The position numbers and the translations under genes are program-made. A stretch of DNA of 64,000 nt from a virus. Lineage: Duplodnaviria > Caudoviricetes. Shown piece after piece: positions 34,719-41,896 of the stretch. The notes under the pieces are model-generated. The model made no database searches, was not told the DNA's origin, and saw only the letters and a program-made list of their open reading frames with translations. Within the stretch, counting starts at the first letter, position 1. Every line of letters starts with the position of its first letter. Location: positions 282 to 64,281 of IMG/VR virus record IMGVR_UViG_3300037449_000119. One strand, written 5' to 3'.

Positions 34719-36668
34719 ATGACCGATAAGCTCAGCATCAAATCCTTGGTGCGCGACACCAAACGCGAAGAAGCGCAATCCCGCAAGGCAATCACCAAGG
34801 ACTCCTTCCAAAATTTCAGCGCCAAGCTGGGCATCGGCACCGACAATCTCTCCTCAACATCTACCTACGGCTTCAACCCCATCACCCGAATACGCATCAT
34901 GCTGGAGTGGATTCACCGCGGCTCCTGGCTAGGTGGCGTTGCGGTGGACGCTGTGGCCGATGACATGACCCGCGCCGGTGTGAAGATTGAAAGCGAACTA
35001 GAGCCAGACCAGGTTGAGCGCATCGAAGAGGTCGCCACAGAGCTTCACGTATGGGACGAGATCAGGGACAACATCGCATGGAGCCGCCTGTACGGCGGCT
35101 CTATTTGCGTCTTCCTCATCGAAGGGCAGAAGATGTCCACGCCACTGCGCGTCGAGACCGTGGGCAAGGGGCAGTTCAAGGGGTTGGTCACGCTTGACCG
35201 CTGGATGGTGGAACCCTCGCTGGGCGACCTGGTGACAGATTACGGCCCTAACCTGGGCAAGCCAAAATTCTACACCGTCAACGCCAACTCCCCCGCGCTC
35301 ATCGGCGAGAAGATTCACTACTCTCGCGTGATTCGCATGGAGGGTGTGCGCCTGCCCTTCCAGCAGCGGATGACGGAAAACCTGTGGAGCATCTCGATCT
35401 ACGAACGCATATACGACCGTATGGTGGCCTACGACTCAACCACCACGGGCATGGCGCAGTCAGTCTACAAGTCGTACCTGCGCACCGTGCGCATGAAGGA
35501 CTTGCGCGAGAACATCGCTGCCGGGGGCAACCAGATGGATGGCGTTGTCCAGTATATGCAGATGATGGCCCGCTTCCAGTCTATCGAAGGCATTACCCTG
35601 CTCGACATCGAAGATGAGTTCCAAGAGGGCGGCGCGCAGAACTTCGCCGGCCTGCGCGAAGTTCTCATGTCCGTGGGCGAGCAGATCGGCGGCGGCATGG
35701 ACCCCGCCATGCCGCTGGTTCGCCTCTTCGGTATGAGTCCAGCAGGGTTCTCCAGCGGCGACGCTGATCTTCGGATGTGGTACGACTCTGTGAACAAAAT
35801 GCAGAAGACCAGGCTCCAGGTGCCGGTCACTGCCATCTATCGCTGCATCGCGCAGAGCGAAGGCTACGAAGTGCCCGAGGGTTTCGCAATCGAGTTCGTT
35901 CCGTTGTGGCAGCTCACCGATGTAGAGAAGTCGCAGATCGCCAACACCGTCACAACATTCGTTTCACAAGCGCGAGAGCAGGGTGTAGTGAAGCCAGATC
36001 TTGCGCTCCAGGAGTTGAAGCAGAGTTCCAAGACCACGGGTTACTGGTCCAACATCACCACCGACGATATAAAGGAAGCGGAGGAACAAGGCCCTCCGCA
36101 GCCTGCCAACGTCGAGACTGCTGAGGCTGGTCAAGGTGTTGCACCAGGGGAGAAAGCTCAACCGGGCAAGGCTGCGCCGCAAAAAGCGAAAGCTCCCGGC
36201 GCGTCAAAGGACTCTGCTTCAACAGTTGCCGAGCTGCACCGCTTGTACGGGTTGCAGGTGGTCATCGAGAATATGGCCGGCACTATCCGCCGCGGCGTCG
36301 GGTGGGAGTCGCTCATGCCCGACGACTACGGATACATTCGTCGTCACGAGGGCGCTGATGGAGATGCTGTCGATTGCTTCGTGGGCAAAGACGCACGTGC
36401 TCTCAATGCCTACGTCATCGACCAGAGAGATTTACGAACGGGTCTATTTGACGAGCACAAGGCCATGCTTGGATTCAAGACAGCCGGTGATGCCGTTGAA
36501 ACCTACCTGCTCGCCTATGACAGTGGAGACGGCGACCCCCAGCGCATCATGGCCTGCACTTCGATGACGGTGCCGGAGTTCCGGTTATGGCTGGAGTCGA
36601 GTGACAAGACTGTTCCCTGCATCGAGGGCGTGCGCGATGTTCCTGGCGTTGAGGCCATTGACCTGTGA
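34719..36668 (+). CDS. portal protein (DUF1073 type) fused to a C-terminal inorganic-pyrophosphatase-like (InPase) domain
   Basis: Position after terL; VDAVADDMTRAG, SRLYGG, HYSRVIR, PLVRLFGMSPAGFS; C-terminal DYGYI...GADGDAVDCF...DQ...FDEHKAMLGF. Confidence 0.85.
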   Translation: MTDKLSIKSLVRDTKREEAQSRKAITKDSFQNFSAKLGIGTDNLSSTSTYGFNPITRIRIMLEWIHRGSWLGGVAVDAVADDMTRAGVKIESELEPDQVERIEEVATELHVWDEIRDNIAWSRLYGGSICVFLIEGQKMSTPLRVETVGKGQFKGLVTLDRWMVEPSLGDLVTDYGPNLGKPKFYTVNANSPALIGEKIHYSRVIRMEGVRLPFQQRMTENLWSISIYERIYDRMVAYDSTTTGMAQSVYKSYLRTVRMKDLRENIAAGGNQMDGVVQYMQMMARFQSIEGITLLDIEDEFQEGGAQNFAGLREVLMSVGEQIGGGMDPAMPLVRLFGMSPAGFSSGDADLRMWYDSVNKMQKTRLQVPVTAIYRCIAQSEGYEVPEGFAIEFVPLWQLTDVEKSQIANTVTTFVSQAREQGVVKPDLALQELKQSSKTTGYWSNITTDDIKEAEEQGPPQPANVETAEAGQGVAPGEKAQPGKAAPQKAKAPGASKDSASTVAELHRLYGLQVVIENMAGTIRRGVGWESLMPDDYGYIRRHEGADGDAVDCFVGKDARALNAYVIDQRDLRTGLFDEHKAMLGFKTAGDAVETYLLAYDSGDGDPQRIMACTSMTVPEFRLWLESSDKTVPCIEGVRDVPGVEAIDL

Positions 36669-38356
36669 CCGACTACCCGCCAACTCGGTTCTGCTCCACC
36701 CGCGCTGCGCTTGCCAATGGGGTGACGCGGGACGCGCGTTTTGTGGAGCAGGAGCTGCCCCGCGTGCGCAAGAGCCTGCACGATAGGATGTTGGAGGCCA
36801 GAGACGAAGTAGGCATGGCCGAAGATTCTTTGTTTGACACACACGACAAGAAAGACGCCGAGGGCCGTGAGCACGTTCCCGCAGGCAGCAGTAAGGGTGG
36901 GCAGTTCGGCAAGGGTGCAGGCAGTTCGTTTTCTAAAGCGCCGATGGAAGCACGGAAGAAGGCTGTGCTGAATCAGATTGAAAGCAAAGGGTTCTCGGAG
37001 ATTTCCGGCAACGCGGGAAAAGAACTGATCGCCGCAATGCGCGAAGATGGCTACAAAGTGGAGAGCGCGGGAAATGGTGTTGTTCGCGTGACCGCCAAAA
37101 AAGCAACCCCAGCCCCTCCATCGCAGCGCGCGGCTAAAGTCACCATGACCCCTGCGCAGAGCAAGAATAACATCGCGCAGCTTGAGAAGTTGTCGGGTGT
37201 TGTCGCTAAGAAAATGTCAGCCATCTACGAGCGAATGGAGGCGGCAAAGCCTAACAGCGCCGAGTACAAACAAGCAGTGCGTGAGTATGAGGCAGCAGGG
37301 CAAGAGCCAGGCGCTGAAGTAGGGTACGGGAACCCTGGTGCAAGCGAGGAGTCGCAGAAAAAAGCAATGGCGCGCGTTGCCGCGAAGGACAAAGAGCGCG
37401 GTTTTGATTGGGATAAGGACTGCCAGCGGTTTAACGTAATCGCTCCCGAAGACCGCAGTACGTGGCCCGCGCACTGCCTTCGCATCCCAGCCAAAGCGAA
37501 AGGCCCAATCTATTTGGGAATCTATCCTGAGAGCGCTTTTTGGGGCTCGTACATGCCGTATAACGGCGGCCCACGAAAACCGCTCTATAATCCAGCCTAC
37601 AGAATAGAAGGTAACTCAGGTAAGTTGGCCCGTGGAAGAAGTCTGCGCAAAGATGAGAAGGCGATTGACGCTGCGCTTGAAAAGGCGAACGCTGATCCGA
37701 GCAGCATAGCGTTCATGTATGCTTCGGCAATGTGGGCTTTGGCTATTCGCAGCGGCGCAAAAGAAGGCAAGTCTGCGAATAAAGTTGACTACGAAACCGG
37801 CGAAGTAGAAGAGACGAACGAGCTGACCTTCGGTACGCTCACCATGCGCGGAAAACACATTCGTGTGCGACAGGGCGGGGTGTACATCGCCATGCCGGGC
37901 AAGAAGGGCTCTGTCATTGATCTGCGTGTGCCTGACAAATTCGCAAAGGGATACTCAAACAGTGATCCAAAACACCCCGGGCTTAAAGAGAAGGCCGGCT
38001 CTAATGGCAAGGTGTTCGGCGATCACATTTCATACAGCGCACTGCGCAAGTGGATGGACTCTGTGAAACTTGGCGAGGGTCGCGCCCTGGGAGACTACAT
38101 TCCGCACGACGTGCGTATGCTGCGCGCAACGAACGAGGCCAAGCGCGTGATTGCGGGGATGAAGCCGCCTGAAGGCTATGTGCAGTGGAAGATGCACTTC
38201 AAGGCAGTGAAGGCCGCGGTTGGCAAGGTGCTAACCGATACACCAGGCGCTTTTATGTCGTACATCGACCCTGGTGTATGGAAGCCTTGGGCGAAATGGC
38301 AGGACAAAAAGACAATGGAAAAGATTGCGAAGTTTTGGGGTGGAGACGATGAGTAG
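36665..38356 (+). CDS. type IB DNA topoisomerase with N-terminal head-protein-like extension
   Basis: IRSG (R362), FGTLTMRGKHI, PGKKG (K413), PHDVR (R484), LTDTP, SYIDP (Y533) are collinear with vaccinia/bacterial TopIB motifs. Confidence 0.8.
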   Translation: MTDYPPTRFCSTRAALANGVTRDARFVEQELPRVRKSLHDRMLEARDEVGMAEDSLFDTHDKKDAEGREHVPAGSSKGGQFGKGAGSSFSKAPMEARKKAVLNQIESKGFSEISGNAGKELIAAMREDGYKVESAGNGVVRVTAKKATPAPPSQRAAKVTMTPAQSKNNIAQLEKLSGVVAKKMSAIYERMEAAKPNSAEYKQAVREYEAAGQEPGAEVGYGNPGASEESQKKAMARVAAKDKERGFDWDKDCQRFNVIAPEDRSTWPAHCLRIPAKAKGPIYLGIYPESAFWGSYMPYNGGPRKPLYNPAYRIEGNSGKLARGRSLRKDEKAIDAALEKANADPSSIAFMYASAMWALAIRSGAKEGKSANKVDYETGEVEETNELTFGTLTMRGKHIRVRQGGVYIAMPGKKGSVIDLRVPDKFAKGYSNSDPKHPGLKEKAGSNGKVFGDHISYSALRKWMDSVKLGEGRALGDYIPHDVRMLRATNEAKRVIAGMKPPEGYVQWKMHFKAVKAAVGKVLTDTPGAFMSYIDPGVWKPWAKWQDKKTMEKIAKFWGGDDE

Positions 38357-38492
38357 TCCAACAATGAAAGAAGCTGCCGAGTACGGGCGTACGCACGCCT
38401 TCGACCCTGATTTCGCGGAGCAACTGGAAGAAGACTGCGACAATGGCGGTCTTGATTTTGAAGACGACGACGAAGAGACAGACGAGGACTGA
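38349..38492 (+). CDS. small highly acidic protein (47 aa)
   Basis: GGAG SD; ...LEEDCDNGGLDFEDDDEETDED. Confidence 0.6.
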   Translation: MSSPTMKEAAEYGRTHAFDPDFAEQLEEDCDNGGLDFEDDDEETDED

Positions 38493-38494
38493 CC

Positions 38495-38761
38495 TTGGCA
38501 AAGCGCGGCGTGAAGAGCTACGAGGAGAGCACCACAGCCAAAGTGGTTCCATTCCGCGTCATCGCTGCTCAGCTTCACACGTCGCCGCGCGTGGTGGAGC
38601 GTGAGTTCCACTCAGGCGTGAACAAACTGAAGGCCGTGCCAGGCGCGTTTGATGCCATGCTCACCCTGCTCCGCATCAAATCTGTTGAGCGGCGAATGGG
38701 CACACGATGCGGCTCGGTGGAGTGCAACCAGGATTTTATCAGGGAGAACGGAGGTCGCTGA
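38495..38761 (+). CDS. sigma70 region-4-like HTH protein
   Basis: FRVIAAQLHTSPRVVEREFHSGVNKL. Confidence 0.55.
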   Translation: MAKRGVKSYEESTTAKVVPFRVIAAQLHTSPRVVEREFHSGVNKLKAVPGAFDAMLTLLRIKSVERRMGTRCGSVECNQDFIRENGGR

Positions 38762-39201
38762 CGCTCTACACAGACGAAGCAGGACTTGATTTTATCGCAG
38801 CCAATGAAGGGCTGGTGCTAACCATTAGCAACGACAACGGACACCCTGTCATCGGCCACGGCCACGACCTCACTCATCAAGAGATTGCCGGCGGTATATA
38901 CGCCAACGGAATCACCACACTCCAAGCACAACTGATTCTTGAGCGTGACTGTCGCGAGTGGGATGCTGCGATCAACGCTCTCAACTGGCCCTTGAACCAG
39001 AATCAACATAACGCCCTCTGCGACTTTACACACAACCTGGGAGTGGGCAAGTTGCAACGGCTCGCGGCGCATGGACAAGAGCAGGTGTGTGTTCAGCTGC
39101 CGCGCTGGGTGTATGAGAAGCAGAACGGTGTTGAGGTGGTGAGCAAGGGGCTCGTCGCGCGACGCGCAAAGGATGTAACGCTGTATCAGACTCCATGCTG
39201 A
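38758..39201 (+). CDS. GH24 phage lysozyme (muramidase), apparent CTG start
   Basis: FIAANEG...D...IGHGH, LNQNQHNAL..F.HNLG, WVY, GLVARR; GGAGG SD precedes a CTGA overlap. Confidence 0.75.
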   Translation: MTLYTDEAGLDFIAANEGLVLTISNDNGHPVIGHGHDLTHQEIAGGIYANGITTLQAQLILERDCREWDAAINALNWPLNQNQHNALCDFTHNLGVGKLQRLAAHGQEQVCVQLPRWVYEKQNGVEVVSKGLVARRAKDVTLYQTPC

Positions 39202-40985
39202 AAACCGAAGACGCCAAGCCGGTGAAGCCCACGCCACAGCAACTACGCAAGCTGGGGCGTGAACGGTTTATCCGCGCACGCCGCGCCGGCTCCGCCTTTC
39301 AGCGTCAGCTCTCCAAGCTGGGCAACCACATCGGCGCGCTTGTAAAGAAGCACGCTCCTGGTGGCGTGGTTTCTGACTGGCGCGCTTTGCGCAAGGCGCT
39401 CAACGATTACGCCGCGCAAATTCGCCCCTGGGCAGAGTCCATCACAGAAAGCCTGCACACCGAAGTCGCGCAACGCGATGCACAGGCGTGGTTCCAGGCT
39501 GGCCGCGAGATAGGGCAACACCTACGCGAAGAGATTGCCTCCGCGCCCACAGGCAAGATGATGAAGTCGCTGCTCGCGGAGCAGGTAGACCTAATCACAT
39601 CGCTGCCCACTGAGGCGGCAGAGCGTGTGCACAAGCTCACTCTGCAGCGCATCGCCCAGGGGCGCAGGCCGGAGTCCTTGGCTCAGGAGATTCTGAAGAC
39701 CGGCGAAGTGACCGTCGCGCGCGCCCGTATGATCGCGCGCACCGAGACTGCACGCACAGCAGCGGCGCTCACTGAGGTTCGCGCAAAGCACATCGGCAGT
39801 GAAGGATACCTGTGGCGCACTGCAAATGACAGCGACGTTCGTCCCGCAATCGGCACACCAGGATTTTCGCAGCTCAACACCCTTGCGATGGGAAGCCATC
39901 GAAAACTTGAAGGTACTTTTCACCGTTGGGACGAGCCGCCTATCGCAGCGCCCACTGGCGAGCACGCACACCCAGGAAGCATATGGAACTGCCGCTGTTT
40001 TTCGTCTGATACGCTTGTGACTAAAGTCACAGGAATTGAAAAGTTATATCGGTCGTACTACCGAGGTGATCTTTGCCGCGTTACAATTGGAGACGCCGAG
40101 TTTACAGCGACACCGAATCACCCGATGCTCACGCAACGTGGTTGGGTGCATGTATGCGAACTCCAAGACAGCGATTACCTCGTTCAGGTGCTCCGTGATC
40201 CACACATCTTCGTCGAAGCCAACGTAGATAGTTTTCACGCCACATTTGGCGAGTTGTTTGGATCGTTGCCTGGACGCGTGGATGTGGCACCGGGAATTTT
40301 GTTTGATCTCTATGGCCGTGTTCCCGATGGCGATGTCCACACAAAGATCATCAATCAACTTCTGACGTGTGACAACGTAGCCAAGAGTCTCAAGCGCAGT
40401 GGCAATTTCACACTCGCCAAACCCAACAGCGGGGTTGAAGGTGCCATTTGTGGCGGCGGTGCGCATGTTGCTGAAACGTCGAGAGCGTGCAGCAGCGACG
40501 CGCTTCTTTCGCCGTTCCAAAGTCATTCTCCCCATGCTGATTTCGTTGGCACTGCTGACGCCTCTTCGAGTGATGCCGGCCTCATTGAGTCGCTGAGTGA
40601 TGGTCCAACGATTGACGTGGTAGAGCGCAGCGAGTTCGAGTTCGCTAATTCCAGAAAGGTACTTGGCGACGATCTTTTCAGCGGGGAGGTTTTTGCGCCC
40701 GTTGCCATGACCGACCGCAGGCGCCCAATGTTTGACGACGCCACCAGCAGCACGAATCGCTTTGCTGAGATTGTCCGGGCTAACTTTGAGCAAGGCCGCA
40801 ACGTCTTTAAGACGGGTGCCGGCATCTATGCGCTGCTTCCCTTCAGAAACGACTTCATTCGTAAGTTTCCGTTTTCGGGCCATGTTTACACGCTCCAAAC
40901 TGACGTTGGTTGGTATGGGGTATCAGCTATGTCTATTATAGCACAAAACTGTTGGGCAGAGCCAGTTTTACCGGATCGTATTTGA
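39195..40985 (+). CDS. MuF/SPP1 gp7-like head morphogenesis protein containing an intein
   Basis: RARMIARTET, YLWRTANDSDVR, H..LEG.F.RWDEPP, HPG..WNCR|C.AEPV. Confidence 0.88.
   Translation: MLKTEDAKPVKPTPQQLRKLGRERFIRARRAGSAFQRQLSKLGNHIGALVKKHAPGGVVSDWRALRKALNDYAAQIRPWAESITESLHTEVAQRDAQAWFQAGREIGQHLREEIASAPTGKMMKSLLAEQVDLITSLPTEAAERVHKLTLQRIAQGRRPESLAQEILKTGEVTVARARMIARTETARTAAALTEVRAKHIGSEGYLWRTANDSDVRPAIGTPGFSQLNTLAMGSHRKLEGTFHRWDEPPIAAPTGEHAHPGSIWNCRCFSSDTLVTKVTGIEKLYRSYYRGDLCRVTIGDAEFTATPNHPMLTQRGWVHVCELQDSDYLVQVLRDPHIFVEANVDSFHATFGELFGSLPGRVDVAPGILFDLYGRVPDGDVHTKIINQLLTCDNVAKSLKRSGNFTLAKPNSGVEGAICGGGAHVAETSRACSSDALLSPFQSHSPHADFVGTADASSSDAGLIESLSDGPTIDVVERSEFEFANSRKVLGDDLFSGEVFAPVAMTDRRRPMFDDATSSTNRFAEIVRANFEQGRNVFKTGAGIYALLPFRNDFIRKFPFSGHVYTLQTDVGWYGVSAMSIIAQNCWAEPVLPDRI
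40044..40883 (-). CDS. HTH-HTH + Vsr/DUF559-like PD-(D/E)XK endonuclease encoded antisense inside the intein
   Basis: GTRLKDVAALLKVSPDNL; YLSGISELELAALYHVNRWTI..RL...G; GECEIATALETLGYVVTRQ...CVDIAIGNTAIEIK...LAKCGVKTIYV; GGAG SD at 40893-40896. Confidence 0.75.
   Translation of the reverse strand: MARKRKLTNEVVSEGKQRIDAGTRLKDVAALLKVSPDNLSKAIRAAGGVVKHWAPAVGHGNGRKNLPAEKIVAKYLSGISELELAALYHVNRWTITQRLNEAGITRRGVSSANEISMGRMTLERRKKRVAAARSRRFSNMRTAATNGTFNPAVGFGECEIATALETLGYVVTRQKLIDDLCVDIAIGNTAIEIKQNSRCHIHASRQRSKQLAKCGVKTIYVGFDEDVWITEHLNEVIAVLEFAYMHPTTLREHRVIRCRCKLGVSNCNAAKITSVVRPI
40935..40945 (-). promoter_or_regulatory. extended -10 promoter for the antisense nuclease
   Basis: TGTGCTATAAT on the - strand, within the block G codons (ATT ATA GCA CA). 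Confidence 0.65.
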
Positions 40986-41083
40986 GGGTTAGGTGCTGCC
41001 GGACAGAATATAGGTCCGCCGTGGTATCGTGAAAAATGAAGTGAAACCTGTGCTGGCGAGCCCAGCGCAACAAGGGAGAAAAT

Positions 41084-41887
41084 ATGAACAGTCGCATCTT
41101 TCGAGTTCTGACAGCGGCGCTCGTGGCGCTTGGGCTTGCGAGCTTCGCTTCAGCGCAGTACACTCCCGGCGCGCAGCCGGTTGTGTACCCCACGTACCAG
41201 CCCGCCGCGTCAGCGTTCACGGCCGCCAGTCAGACTGGCACCGCCTTTACCAGCTCAGGGCTTCGTAGCGCGGTGATTGTGGCCGTGCAGAACGGGCCAA
41301 CCCCCGCCGCACTGACCGGAGTTGTTTCGGGCACCACCACATCGGTTGAGACCTGGACGCTCGCAGGCACCGCAGACACTTTCGGCGGCACCATCAATGT
41401 CACGCCCTCAACGAAATCGTTATGTTCGATTACCATTCCTCCGTACACAACGCTGGCTGCGGCGGCCACCCTTTTCAACGCCAACACCACGTGCTTCACC
41501 ACCGATGGGCTTACAGCAACTACAGGCTCCGGGACGTTCATTCTCACGCAGGGCGGTGTCAGCCTAACCATCACCGATAACGGCAGCACGCTGGTGGACT
41601 ACAAGGCATCCACTGCAACGTGGAATCTGCAAGGCAGTATCGACGGTGTGAACTGGTTCTCCGTGCCGACCGCCGCCCTGCCCACCACATCGGTGCCGAT
41701 TACAACCACCGCCATTACGCAGGCCACGGCCACCACCACACAGACGGCGGCAACGATGGGGTACGCTTACGTCGCAAATGTGGCCGGTTGGAATCATTTC
41801 AGGCTCAGCACCACGTCGGCTACGTTCACGGCAACCTCTACACTTTCGCTCGCGTTCTCCGGTTCGCCGCTTCAGTCTTTCTTTTAA
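41084..41887 (+). CDS. Thr-rich protein with Sec signal peptide; shares a domain with the tail sheath
   Basis: MNSRIFRVLTAALVALGLASFASA-Q; AAGGGAG SD. Confidence 0.75.
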   Translation: MNSRIFRVLTAALVALGLASFASAQYTPGAQPVVYPTYQPAASAFTAASQTGTAFTSSGLRSAVIVAVQNGPTPAALTGVVSGTTTSVETWTLAGTADTFGGTINVTPSTKSLCSITIPPYTTLAAAATLFNANTTCFTTDGLTATTGSGTFILTQGGVSLTITDNGSTLVDYKASTATWNLQGSIDGVNWFSVPTAALPTTSVPITTTAITQATATTTQTAATMGYAYVANVAGWNHFRLSTTSATFTATSTLSLAFSGSPLQSFF

Positions 41888-41896
41888 GGAGCTTCC

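Larger units (their letters stand above)
39996..40949 (+). mobile_element. intein (318 aa) inserted in the MuF NCR/C motif
   Basis: Block A CFSSDT, block B TATPNHPMLT, block F FSGHVYTLQT, block G IIAQN followed by extein Cys. Confidence 0.85.

Noticed and set aside
34719-36668. Anti-CBASS Acb1 label sometimes attached to DUF1073 portals
   Set aside because: No paired HxT/S 2H-phosphoesterase motifs seen; the C-terminal domain matches InPase instead
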